Shown here: positions 19,536 to 30,400 of the stretch, in pieces
Position numbering within the stretch: the stretch's first letter is position 1
Layout of the letters: each line of letters starts with the position of its first letter
DNA from: an uncultured virus (IMG/VR IMGVR_UViG_3300028888_000068)
Taxonomy: Duplodnaviria > Heunggongvirae > Uroviricota > Caudoviricetes
Virus record (IMG/VR): IMGVR_UViG_3300028888_000068
Reading direction: 5' to 3' (one strand)
DNA: 64,000 nt
Notes under the pieces: generated by a model
Told to the model about the DNA's origin: nothing
What the model saw: only the letters and a program-made list of their open reading frames with translations
Database searches by the model: none
Program-made: the position numbers and the translations under genes

Positions 19536-20277
19536 TGATAGAAAAATGAGTTTCTTAGATCACATCACTGATTTATCCGAATCATTGGTAAGGTTGGATG
19601 AGAGGATAGGTTTTAAAAGATTGTTTAGCTATCTCCTTATTATTCTACTCATCATTGGTCTATTCAATTTTAAAACTATTGTAAAAGAGACAATTGAGCT
19701 CTATAACGAAGTTTCAGATCAGATACACGACGAGAAGATGATAAAACGAGATGAAATTCTCGCTGATCTTAACGATATTCTTAAAGAGTATAGAGCTCTA
19801 ACTGGTGCTGACAGAGTCCTTTATTTTGAATATCACAATTCAAAAGAAAATCTTGCAGGTATACCGTTTAAATACATAGACCTGGTTATGCAAGATAGAG
19901 CATATTGGGCCTCTGGTGTTCCTATAGATATGTATAGGGACATTAATATTGGGGCTATTACCAGTCTTTATGAAGATCTTAAGACTAGTATAGTAATTTT
20001 CTGTGTCTCCGATTGTGATCCAACTAGAGGTCCAGGGTGGAGACAAATGACGATAGACGAGTTCCATGATAGCTATTCTGGAGCCTATGACATTTTTCAA
20101 TCTGACAGCCGAAAACAACAGGTATATGTATCAATTCCTGGCCCAAAACAGCCAATTGGGTTAATGATTTTCGAATGGCTAGATGAAAGCAAAGAAATAG
20201 ATAGAGGAAGGGTAATAGAAGTCACAGCGGCTTTTGTTCCTCGAATCACCGGACTTATGTCCGTAACAACTAAATAA
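19528..20277 (+). CDS. Putative holin (single TM helix plus soluble GAF-like domain, T4 T-type topology)
   Basis: Basic residues then hydrophobic LFSYLLIILLIIGLF, followed by GADRVLYFEYHNS and PIGLMIFEW. Confidence 0.55.
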   Translation: MNNDRKMSFLDHITDLSESLVRLDERIGFKRLFSYLLIILLIIGLFNFKTIVKETIELYNEVSDQIHDEKMIKRDEILADLNDILKEYRALTGADRVLYFEYHNSKENLAGIPFKYIDLVMQDRAYWASGVPIDMYRDINIGAITSLYEDLKTSIVIFCVSDCDPTRGPGWRQMTIDEFHDSYSGAYDIFQSDSRKQQVYVSIPGPKQPIGLMIFEWLDESKEIDRGRVIEVTAAFVPRITGLMSVTTK

Positions 20278-20297
20278 ATTTAAATTAATTTTCAATT

Positions 20298-20948
20298 ATG
20301 GCAAATTTTGATGATTTTGATGTTGTTGATCTCCCTGAGGTTGACGAAACTTTCGTTGAGAAGGTTAACAAGAATTCTGGTTGGAGAATTGGAACGGACA
20401 TTGTCCCTAGTGTTTTCTACCAGGCTTATTTTGAAGACGGTGCTTGGAATGCAGACGACGAATCAACTTATCGTGTATACGTTGAAGAACCAAGTGAGGT
20501 AAAGCCAGAGGTCATGAAGAAGAAAGAAGAAGCTGCTGCAGCTGATCCAGATGCTGCTCCTGCAGATCCTAGTGCAAATCCTGACCCTAATGCTAATCCC
20601 GATCCTAGTGCAAATCCTGACCCTGCAGATCCTAATGCTAATCCAGCTCCTGCAGATCAGCCAGCTGCCGATTCTGATGCCGAAGAGGTTGATCGTGAGC
20701 TTCCTCTTCTAAAAGCTAACAAGTATGGTTTTGCAAAACCTTATGAGGTTGTTCGTCTTGAGATCACCCCTAGTGCATCTCTTAAGGATGAGTATCCTTT
20801 CGCTATCGTAGTTATCGATGGTAAAGAATATGACCTTGGAATTCTTGATGAGCCACTACGCTTCGTTATGAGCAAGGACCACAGAGTTGTTCTTGACTGG
20901 AAGCACGGTGAGATTTATGAATCATTTAGAATTGTTGTTAATCGCTAA
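20298..20948 (+). CDS. Hypothetical acidic protein with an internal Ala/Asp/Pro/Asn repeat linker
   Basis: ADPDAAPADPSANPDPNANPDPSANPDPADPNANPAPADQP. T-ending codon bias suggests high expression. Confidence 0.7.
   Translation: MANFDDFDVVDLPEVDETFVEKVNKNSGWRIGTDIVPSVFYQAYFEDGAWNADDESTYRVYVEEPSEVKPEVMKKKEEAAAADPDAAPADPSANPDPNANPDPSANPDPADPNANPAPADQPAADSDAEEVDRELPLLKANKYGFAKPYEVVRLEITPSASLKDEYPFAIVVIDGKEYDLGILDEPLRFVMSKDHRVVLDWKHGEIYESFRIVVNR
20540..20670 (+). repeat. Coding minisatellite (GATCCTAGTGCAAATCCTGACCCT twice, plus related units)
   Basis: Direct repeats visible in the DNA. Confidence 0.8.
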
Positions 20949-20956
20949 ATCAAACA

Positions 20957-20998
20957 GGGGAGTACTATCTTATCTGACACGGTAGGTTAGTACTCCCC
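20957..20998 (+). terminator. Strong intergenic hairpin (terminator or processing/stability site)
   Basis: GGGGAGTACTA 20957-20967 / TAGTACTCCCC 20988-20998, followed by ATCTTTT. Confidence 0.6.
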
Positions 20999-21027
20999 AT
21001 CTTTTAATTAAAATAAAAAATAAATAT

Positions 21028-22068
21028 ATGGATACTATAACAAAAATTAGAATAACGAGATGTAGCGTCACCCAAGATAGTAGACTTTTGGCTGTTGTAC
21101 ATTTAAACTCGTTTAGGTTTGAGAAGGGCATGCCCGTAATGGTTCCCTATAAGAAAGGTAATGGTAAGATTGATACTATGGTTGCAATTGGGCTTGCAGA
21201 TGGAGTCGGACCAGAATATTATAGTATCATATCAGAGGGAGGAAAACTCTATGTAGCTGGTGTTTATGAAGAACTTCCAGATGTCTCCGCCCTCGTTCAT
21301 AATGTACCATATATTGCTAAAGTAGACGGACAGTGGAAACTTGTCTATATTAGCAATGATAATACTACGCGTATTATAGGTGATCTTGATCCTAATGACG
21401 TAATTTATAACCTAGAAGACGGCCACAATTACTATTATAAGGATGGCAAAGTAGTAAGAGATGACTCTATTATTGCTCTCCTTGAAGACGAATTTGAACT
21501 AGTTCGAGCCGGCGCTCTTAATATTGAAGCTTCCGTTAGAGGACAAGATACATTCAAAAAAGGAACTTCTGCAAGACCATCATTCAATATTGTTGTTTCT
21601 TCAGGTGATGGTTTCGAAGTAACTCCTGACTGTGAAATAACAGTCAAGCGTGGAAATACTCCCGTCAGTGGTTATGTAGCAGGAAATGTTCTAGTATTAA
21701 CTGAAGAAATAAACACTACAACTGAATATACTATTACTGCAAAATACTCAGTCGGAGACGCATTTGTAGAGTCTTCAAAAAACATAATGATTTGGTTTGT
21801 TGATCCAGTTTATTATGGAAATCCTGAAACAGAGGCTTTATGGAATGGTCAAGGGCCTCTAGTACTATATTTTAATCTAAATGATGAAGTATCAAGAGTT
21901 AGAATTCCATTGGATCTATTATCTGACTCAAACTTCCAGCATATCTATGACACTCATGGTCTTGATTACTTTGAGGACTATAGAAATTATGTAGATGGAA
22001 ACTATCGCGTCTTTGAGAAAATTGATGCAGTAACTATAAATAATTTTAAACAAGAATTTACGAAATAA
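21028..22068 (+). CDS. Putative fibre-attachment/adaptor protein, N-terminal paralog of 58592..59455
   Basis: Shared N-terminus (TK.R..RC...SR..A..HL...F..G.PV...Y...TM.A.G...G.G...Y.II...LPDVS.LVH). Confidence 0.65.
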   Translation: MDTITKIRITRCSVTQDSRLLAVVHLNSFRFEKGMPVMVPYKKGNGKIDTMVAIGLADGVGPEYYSIISEGGKLYVAGVYEELPDVSALVHNVPYIAKVDGQWKLVYISNDNTTRIIGDLDPNDVIYNLEDGHNYYYKDGKVVRDDSIIALLEDEFELVRAGALNIEASVRGQDTFKKGTSARPSFNIVVSSGDGFEVTPDCEITVKRGNTPVSGYVAGNVLVLTEEINTTTEYTITAKYSVGDAFVESSKNIMIWFVDPVYYGNPETEALWNGQGPLVLYFNLNDEVSRVRIPLDLLSDSNFQHIYDTHGLDYFEDYRNYVDGNYRVFEKIDAVTINNFKQEFTK

Positions 22069-25000
22069 TGGCTCAAATAACAATAACAGTCAACCCCTTT
22101 CCGGCTGATGCTGAGGTAAAGATAAATGGTGATATAGGAAATACAAGTTCTGTCGAGTCGGATAGTGAAGTATCTATCCTGGTTTCTAAAAGCGGATATG
22201 CAACGCAGGAGATTATAGATAGATATTCTTCGAGCGAGACTGTTAGTGTTGAGCTACAATCCGGCGACGACTTAGAGCCGACTATTACAGTTTCTTCTCC
22301 TAAGTATTCAATAGTAACCATTAACGGTTCTAGTACAAAATCTAAAACCGTAGTGGCTGGAGACTCAGTGAATGTAAGGGTCACTAAAGATGGGTACATG
22401 CCTTATGAGGAGACTTTTGTACTTACACATAACTTAGACCTAACAGTATATCTTGAGGAGGGCAATTGTTGGTTTGTTGACGATTCTTCTATAGTACTTT
22501 CTGGTGAAGAACAGCAGATTAGGCCAACAATACAAGTTAAAACCAGCGCTGCTTCAGCAGGATTTATGGTCGATAGTGATACTGATTGGTTACGCTGGCC
22601 TTTTCGTGCTAATGTTATTAAGGAGGCAACGTATGATTGTGATCTATGGGTTCCTAGAAATCTAACAGGTTCACCAAGAAGTATGACAATCAGACTGAGC
22701 AATCAATTAGATACAGAAACTTGGGATACTATAGAACTTACGCAGGAGGCCTTAGAAATTTGCTTTGTCAAAGAAGAAATATCCGTGCCTTGCGAAAGAA
22801 CTGAGGGATATCTTTCAGTTCGTTGTGCATCTCAATCAACCAGATGGACAGTTAGTACTAATTCTAGTTGGATAACATTATCAGGAACCGTAGGAACTGG
22901 AGATTCTGAAAATGGAGTTTCATACACTATTGCAGAAAATCCTAATTCAACAACAAGAACTGGTGAGATAACAATCTCTTCTGACAGCTATTCATATACG
23001 GTTCCAGTAACACAAGGACTAAATCCAGAAATTACAAGGCCAAGTGTTGAAGAGAGTGAGTTTACTATTGATGCATACGAAGATACTGATATAACTATAA
23101 GCATTCTCGACCCGAGCAATGTTGGTTGGAAACTTGAAGGAGCTTGGTTTAGAGGAGTTCTCAATCCAAATGACTGGACAGGATCTGATACAACTGCAGA
23201 TTGGGCTCATCCAGAGTTTGGGGGTGACCCTGATACTGTAGATTCTTCTGAAGGCATTGCTGGCAGCGGTTCACTAATGAGGCAACTGACGGGTACTGGA
23301 AATACTACGGTAAGAGCCCTTTTTCATAGGATAGCTTGGGAATCTACAAATACATTAGTCCTCTATGATACAGAAGGGGAAAAGATTCAGGATATTCTCT
23401 TTATACCTACTGATGATGTAATAAGTCAGTGGGATGAAGAATATGGTGCTGAGCCTGCTACTGGAGTTACTTTCAATGGACTTAAAGAAGTAGTATTAGA
23501 TCTTGGAGATCGTGAGATATATACTTATGCTCGTGCTATTCCAGAAGGTGCTGCTGGAATGGATATCTTACAAACAGCAGATTCATCTATAGCCTCTTAT
23601 GTAAGGTCTGGTTATCTCTTGGCTAAAAAGGCTGGTGTAACGACTGCCTACGGATATGTAAGAAGACCTGACGGAACTTATACAGATATAGATAATTCCG
23701 ATAAGGTTCAGGTCGTTGTTTGGGATAAAAATAATCTTTCACAGGATTTTCAATTCGAATCTCATAAAACTATTACGCTTGGATTTGGAGATACTAAGAC
23801 AATAAAACTTCTTAGAAAACCTGATTCCAAGATTCATCTCTCTGATATCTGGTTCTGGACTCCGGGATGTGTATACTCAATAACTAATAAAGAAGAGTCC
23901 TCTGATGGAACATATATTAATATCACAATAGCTGCTGGATCTACAACTAAGTCAGGTTGGTTAATGGCAGTATACGGAGGAATTATTGATAAGGTTGCAG
24001 TAAATGTAAATAATAACTGGGGAGGTCCTAAATCTGGTTTCGACGGCGATAGTAAGTGGTCTACGGATAAAGGATCTTCTATGTACTGGACTCCTAACGA
24101 ACCAGTCATGTATCAATTTGAGTATGATCCAACTATCAAAGCATCTCCTGTAGGAATGACAATGATAGAAGGAGAGACTAAGATTATTCGTGGAAATTAT
24201 AACAATATAGATAACGTCAGCATTGTTGTAAGAGGAAACTCAGTTACTACAGGAGGCATAGTTAATGCAAGTACCGGTGATGAGTACGAATTTCAAGTAG
24301 AGTCTCTTGTCCGTGGTGTTTCATATATAGACCTTGTTAATGGCAGTAACTCTGTTGTTGCAACCTATATGGTAGTAGTTCAGGGTACGGGGAGTGGAGA
24401 GCTTAAATCTATAAAACTGTTTTGCCCAGATACTAAATGCGTCCCTGGAAAGACTTATAAGTTTGGATTTAGCTGTATTCCTAGTATTTATCGAATCAGA
24501 GAATATAGTTCTAGTACTGATACTTATTCTCTTCGCGATAGAGTTGTCCTAGAACCAGAAAAAGACGATGCAGATAATTGTATAAGTTCCTGTACTGTTG
24601 TTTCTGATTCTACTCGTGCAAAGTCTGGAGATGCGTATTATAGTCTTCAAGTTAAGTTTAAAGAAGGAGTTTCAGGACGGGCAGGTGTACGTTTTGGAAT
24701 TGTAGATAAAGGAGTCAAAACCGTTTCTAATACAGTTATCCTGGACGTTTCTTCAGAGAATACATTAACTTCTGGCACTATAGGATTTTCTGAAGAATCT
24801 ATTACCCTAGATATAAATGATGGTCCTGTCGATCTTTCACAATACTTAGTCTTCACTGGTTTTTCTGAGACCGACAGTAAGTATTATTGGTTTGAGGGTT
24901 CAGATTCTAGTGGAGTTATAAAATTCTCGACTGATGGCAAATCAATCACTCCCGCCGCTATCGGAGAGTCCAGAGTCTTCGTTAAATATCATTACAGTGG

Positions 25001-27377
25001 TATGGAAGGCTCGGTTGCATCAATTAAGGGAACAGGAGCCAGTATCCTAATTAAAGTCAAAGACCCGGCAGAAGAAGATATCGAAGAATTTAATATTCGA
25101 TTCAAGGTCTCCGAGGTTAGAATAGATAGAAGCTCAAATCTTCATGGAAAATGGGCGTCATCAAGCTCTACAGGCTCAGCAACTACAGATTTTTCTGAAC
25201 AGCTACATGCCAAGTATGGTGTATGGAGTATTAAAGATCTTATTCTCTATAATGATCCTCGTGGTGTTTTCGACCGTCAAAGATTAATTGTTAGATATGA
25301 AAACGAGGCAGGTCAGAACATAACTAATGAGAACATATCAGGCTATGATGTAGCTTATCAGTGGGCAGAGGGTCGAGTTTATCTTGCTGCATATTATGGA
25401 GCTACCAGCTCTTCTGCACAAATTCGAAGAGCTATAATTCCTTTTATTATGGAGACCTCTAACCCTGATTTCATACCCATCCGTTATCTAAGCATAGCAT
25501 GTAGAATACCAGACGCAACTCTACCCAAGTGGAAAGATTTTAGTCAGTGGTATCCATTTACTAAGTTCTTTAAGGTATATCCAAAAGACGCTCTCTTAGA
25601 TAGTAGTGAATTTAGATTTAGCACTTCTGGTATTGACGGAGATGGTGCTAGAACTGAGGTCGTACATGTTCAAAAGTATAATCCTTCTGGAAGAACAGCA
25701 GATGAAAGATATAGAGTTCGTTTAGCTGGTCTTGGAGGATTTGCAAAAATTACAAGAATGTGGTATAATGGTTATTCTAGTTCTGGCTATGATGGAGGTA
25801 TGATTCTTTGCTGGCCCGATGGAACAGCACAAGGAAGTTATCGTCCAAATTCTGTATCCTTAAGTGCCCCTAAGAATACTATATCACGAGGCGAATATAT
25901 TTTTGTTCATGCCACTCCTACTCCTAATCTTGATTTTGCTATGATTGAAGAAATGGAGTGGAGATACTATGTTGATGGAAAGAGCTATAAGAACAAGGTC
26001 GAAGTAAATAAACTAGGAATTTTTGAGATTATATGTGAAACTCGTCGTGGGGTTATTATTCGAGGTGGTTCAGCTACTGGAACTCATACTATAAAGGTAT
26101 GGATGAATCTTCTTTCACCTAAACAAGATCCAGAGATAACTATAACACTTATTCCATCTGCTTTCAATCCGCAGGGAGGAACCCCAAGAATAAATATACA
26201 AAGAGATGGAAATAACAAGATCCTCGACGGTCAGGTAGCAACTCTATATAATGGTGTAGTTGAAGGTTGGGCTTGTGATAATTGGCTTCTATCTTCAATC
26301 TCGCAGGAAGGACTTATACGAACCTTTACCGCCGGAAATGTAACTTATTATGCTGTAACGACCGACGGAAGATTGGCAACGGAATCTGGGTCGACTAAAG
26401 ACACCATAACCGGGTGGGAACCTATCGACCCACATGGAACAATGCCAATTTCGGTCGATTCCAGCCCAAGGGAGGCACAAACCGGCGAAGATGACCTCGA
26501 TCTTGGTTTTGAAGATAATTCAGGCGTTCTCTTTGCCTCTACATCCTCTGACCCAATTCGAAGAAAGGTTGTAAAGGGAGCAACTACCTTTAGTATCAAT
26601 AGTGTCTCATGTACTTCTGAAAAACCTGGAATTGTATCTGTCGAGAAAGTTATCTTAGATGGAGAGATGTATGTACAAATAACTCCGAGAAAGAAGGGGG
26701 CTACTAAAGTCTATGTTGTCTATGGTGGCGCTTCAGATTCGATAAATGTAGAAGTAGAGTCTGGAGATATATATGTTCCTAGTATTTCTTACAAGGATAC
26801 TACAGGAATTTCTCTTAATATCTATGAATATATATCTGTCGAGTTCAAAGCCACAAGCCAAGGAGTTTTCGATGAAATTCAGTTTATTTCTGACAATAGT
26901 AAGATTATAGTTGATAAAGGAAACTATGATCCTATTACCGGAACTGGAACTTTCACTGTACATCTGAATGATAAGACTTCTGGAAATATACGACTTCAAT
27001 ACAATACCGAGACCTTAGATTTTCCAGTAGTAAATAGATATAACTTAGCATTTGAAAGTATCTCTAATTTCATCTTAGGAGTTGGTGCTACACGATACAT
27101 TAAGATATATCCACTCGATGACGTAATTCAAGATTCTGAAGTATCTATATCTAGCCAAAATGGAAATGTGACTATAGGACAGATTTATGAGGCTAGAGAT
27201 ACACAAGGGGAGAGAATTTTCGTTGTTCCAATTACATATAAATCTCCTGGTAGAGATGTCTTGATTGCATCGAGAAAGGGAGATTCCGATATATACTTAG
27301 AATTTGACTGTGAAGCTACTAGTATTCCGGCAAGTTCTATTAGTTTTAATCAAACATCGATTAATATAAACTTATAA
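22068..27377 (+). CDS. Multi-Ig-domain virion protein (PEGA-like x2, BACON-like x2, Big_2-like repeats)
   Basis: ITVNPFPADAEVKING...VSKSGY (PEGA-like); WTVSTNSSWITLS...YTIAENPNSTTRTGEITI...VPVTQ (BACON); multiple Big_2-like units. Confidence 0.75.
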   Translation: MAQITITVNPFPADAEVKINGDIGNTSSVESDSEVSILVSKSGYATQEIIDRYSSSETVSVELQSGDDLEPTITVSSPKYSIVTINGSSTKSKTVVAGDSVNVRVTKDGYMPYEETFVLTHNLDLTVYLEEGNCWFVDDSSIVLSGEEQQIRPTIQVKTSAASAGFMVDSDTDWLRWPFRANVIKEATYDCDLWVPRNLTGSPRSMTIRLSNQLDTETWDTIELTQEALEICFVKEEISVPCERTEGYLSVRCASQSTRWTVSTNSSWITLSGTVGTGDSENGVSYTIAENPNSTTRTGEITISSDSYSYTVPVTQGLNPEITRPSVEESEFTIDAYEDTDITISILDPSNVGWKLEGAWFRGVLNPNDWTGSDTTADWAHPEFGGDPDTVDSSEGIAGSGSLMRQLTGTGNTTVRALFHRIAWESTNTLVLYDTEGEKIQDILFIPTDDVISQWDEEYGAEPATGVTFNGLKEVVLDLGDREIYTYARAIPEGAAGMDILQTADSSIASYVRSGYLLAKKAGVTTAYGYVRRPDGTYTDIDNSDKVQVVVWDKNNLSQDFQFESHKTITLGFGDTKTIKLLRKPDSKIHLSDIWFWTPGCVYSITNKEESSDGTYINITIAAGSTTKSGWLMAVYGGIIDKVAVNVNNNWGGPKSGFDGDSKWSTDKGSSMYWTPNEPVMYQFEYDPTIKASPVGMTMIEGETKIIRGNYNNIDNVSIVVRGNSVTTGGIVNASTGDEYEFQVESLVRGVSYIDLVNGSNSVVATYMVVVQGTGSGELKSIKLFCPDTKCVPGKTYKFGFSCIPSIYRIREYSSSTDTYSLRDRVVLEPEKDDADNCISSCTVVSDSTRAKSGDAYYSLQVKFKEGVSGRAGVRFGIVDKGVKTVSNTVILDVSSENTLTSGTIGFSEESITLDINDGPVDLSQYLVFTGFSETDSKYYWFEGSDSSGVIKFSTDGKSITPAAIGESRVFVKYHYSGMEGSVASIKGTGASILIKVKDPAEEDIEEFNIRFKVSEVRIDRSSNLHGKWASSSSTGSATTDFSEQLHAKYGVWSIKDLILYNDPRGVFDRQRLIVRYENEAGQNITNENISGYDVAYQWAEGRVYLAAYYGATSSSAQIRRAIIPFIMETSNPDFIPIRYLSIACRIPDATLPKWKDFSQWYPFTKFFKVYPKDALLDSSEFRFSTSGIDGDGARTEVVHVQKYNPSGRTADERYRVRLAGLGGFAKITRMWYNGYSSSGYDGGMILCWPDGTAQGSYRPNSVSLSAPKNTISRGEYIFVHATPTPNLDFAMIEEMEWRYYVDGKSYKNKVEVNKLGIFEIICETRRGVIIRGGSATGTHTIKVWMNLLSPKQDPEITITLIPSAFNPQGGTPRINIQRDGNNKILDGQVATLYNGVVEGWACDNWLLSSISQEGLIRTFTAGNVTYYAVTTDGRLATESGSTKDTITGWEPIDPHGTMPISVDSSPREAQTGEDDLDLGFEDNSGVLFASTSSDPIRRKVVKGATTFSINSVSCTSEKPGIVSVEKVILDGEMYVQITPRKKGATKVYVVYGGASDSINVEVESGDIYVPSISYKDTTGISLNIYEYISVEFKATSQGVFDEIQFISDNSKIIVDKGNYDPITGTGTFTVHLNDKTSGNIRLQYNTETLDFPVVNRYNLAFESISNFILGVGATRYIKIYPLDDVIQDSEVSISSQNGNVTIGQIYEARDTQGERIFVVPITYKSPGRDVLIASRKGDSDIYLEFDCEATSIPASSISFNQTSININL

Positions 27378-27380
27378 ACC

Positions 27381-27418
27381 TATATCACACCTGAGAGCAA
27401 AATCTTGGGTGTGATATA
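27381..27418 (+). promoter_or_regulatory. Intergenic hairpin
   Basis: TATATCACACC 27381-27391 / GGTGTGATATA 27408-27418, about 16 bp with G-U pairs. No U-tract. Confidence 0.65.
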
Positions 27419-27434
27419 AATTAAATATAAAACC

Positions 27435-30400
27435 GTGAGTGAAGAAAATATACTTAGCGAATTAGAGCTATTACTTCCTAGTTTTAGCACGGCTGGTGGA
27501 GAGAAGCTTGGTCCAGAAAATAGATGCTTCCCTGGTACCTCTTATTATCTTGGTTTTAAAACAACTCCAAGCAATTTTCAACTTAGAGATAACTTGGAAG
27601 TTAGTCTGGAAGTTGTAGAGGGAGAGGACTTAGTTGAGTCAGCAGAATTTAAGAAAAGTAATTATCCACACTCTACTACGATTAAATTCAAGAGTGATGT
27701 CACAGGAACAGTAAAGGTTAAGATGAGAATATATGATCCTGATGCTGATGTTATGGTTGAATCAAACATCTTAGAATTATTTGTTCTCCCATATCACGGA
27801 AAACTTGCTGATTCTGACTACTGGGCTCCTGGACCAACAAAAGTAGACACCTCCCCTATAGTTCTTAAAGTAGGAGAGTCTTTCGATTGTTCTGCCAGAG
27901 CCTATCTCAATAAATATACTTATTATGCACATCTAGAATCTCACAAAGGAGAGTCTAGATATATGTATGCTTATCCTTCATCCTATAGAGAGAAGGGAGA
28001 GGATGGAACGTATTCTGGTGACATTATTAACAGCTCTAGTTATATCAGTGTATGTTCAAACCTTACATCTATTGTAGGAAAAAATATAGGAAAAGGAAAA
28101 GTTAGTATTCAATGGCTACAAAGATATTCTAGTGGTGCTATACAATCTAGTGGCAGTACTAGTATTCCCGTCACTGTTATTGATGATGCTGAAGCACTAG
28201 GTTATACTATGAATCTACGATTTAAAGTAGACAGCATAGAGGTTGACAGAACTACAACATTTGTTCCTTCCTGGAATGCTTATTTAGATCCAGAGCAGTA
28301 TTATCCTGGAATGCAGAGACAAGATAGTTTTGGCTACTTTAACAAACTAGCATATCTATATGAAACTTATGACTTTCATCCAACTACTTGGGAAGACTTT
28401 TTAGAATTTGATGACCCGAATGGAGATTTTGATCCATCAAGACTGAGAATTTCTTTTGAAGACGATAATGGTAAGTATGTTTCTGCCGCATCCTGGGATG
28501 AGCTAGAGTGTTGGGTTGTTGCTAGATATGGCAAACTTGACGAAACCAAGGCAGTAGCTACAGCAAAGATTCGGTACAGGAATATAACTAGAAATCCAAA
28601 TAATATTCCAATCAGGGATCATAGCGTAGCTAGTTTTGCTACAGCTCATGCGGACGAATTAGATTTTTCAAAGTGGTATAAAGCTAGTCAATTTGTTAAA
28701 ATTAATCCAGGTGATGCCACCATCAATAAATGCGGCTTTAGCATGGTTCCCGGATTTGGTGATTTTATATATACGGAAAGAATCGGAACTACTGGAACTT
28801 TGGATGAGCAGTATAGAATTAGACTTGGTGGAGTTGGTCGCTTAACTACAGGCCACCTTTTTGAATATAGGCTAGGAAATCTTGAAATTTCAGCTGGAGT
28901 TCACTTTATTGTTGGTCTTCCACACTGGGATGGGTATGTATATAGACCAGCTTTGGTCCCACATTCAAGGACCTTTATTCCTAGTAAGACACAGATAAAG
29001 AAAGGAGAGTACGTGTTTATAGAGCTTGAAATCACCCCAGAGCATGAGTATTCTCTTAATTCGACAAATATAGCTTCTAATTCTATCAAATATTCTGTAA
29101 ACTCTGGAAATTATATATATTCCGATGGATTAAATGCGTCCGGAGTTGCAGAAGTTATTTGTGAGTCCAGAAGGGGCGTTATTCTTAAAGGACTTGCTCC
29201 CGGAACAGTAAAGTTGGAGTATGGTAGTATTGGTGATGGAGAACAGAATTTGGCATCAACAACTATAACAATACTTGATAGTCAATATAGCACTCCAACA
29301 GGAAATCTTAAGATTAATGCTTCAAAAAATACAGACGGTACCGTAAAAAGTGGACAGACATTAACTCTAACGGGTGGAACAGTAGCTGGATGGAATTCTA
29401 GCTCTTGGAGATACGCATCTGTAAAGAAATCAGGATATCTTCAGACTTTCACTTCTGGTACTGTAGTTATATATGCAGTAACTACCGATGGACGTCTTAC
29501 TAGTGCCACTTATACTACTCAGACTTCTGGATCTTCTGTTCCGATAGAGCCAGAACCAGAGACGCCCGTAGATACTACACTAAAAGAGGCTGAGGACACA
29601 TCAGATGACTTAATTCTTAGTTTTGATAGAACTACGCCGGTTGAATTTGATTCACCAGAGAGCGACCCTATTACTGTTGATATAATAAAGGGAAGTCATA
29701 ATTTCTATCTTACTGATGTTACTTGTATATCTGAAAATCCTGGTGTAGCAACAGCTCAGGCTTCTTTTAATATGAACAATGGTGATATGGATGTTACAAT
29801 TACGCCAAAGGGTAAAGGAAGCACTATCATTAGAATTGTGTGTGGAGGTGCGGAAGATTCACTTGATGTAAACGTCTTCGGTGGTTCGAGTGCAACAACT
29901 CCAAAGTTAGAATACAACGGACAATATGGTGTATCTCTAAATGTCTATGAATATACTGAAATTAGCTTTAAGGTAAGTTCTAATGCAGTATATCAGGCCC
30001 TAGAATATAGTGTAAGTCAAGGAAGAGAAGATAAAATAGTTGTAGAGGGAGGAAACTATAACTCTACTACAGGTGTTGCTACTATTCGGGTGGCCCTTAA
30101 AGATCATATTTCTGGATACGTGTATGTAACTTATGGAACGGAGAGATTAATCTTTAGTATTGCTAATAGATTTAATCTTAAGTTTGAGAATATACATAAC
30201 TTTGTTCTTGGTGTTGGTGCTACACGATACATTAAGATATATCCACTCGATGATACTATAAAAGCCTCATCTATTAACGTATACTCAGAAAGAGGTAATG
30301 TAACCGTTTCTAGTGTTGAAAATGGAGGAGTCGAACAAGATACTGGAAAGAGATTCTTCTTAGTAGAGGTTAAGTATCAGAGAGCAGGACAGGATATGCT

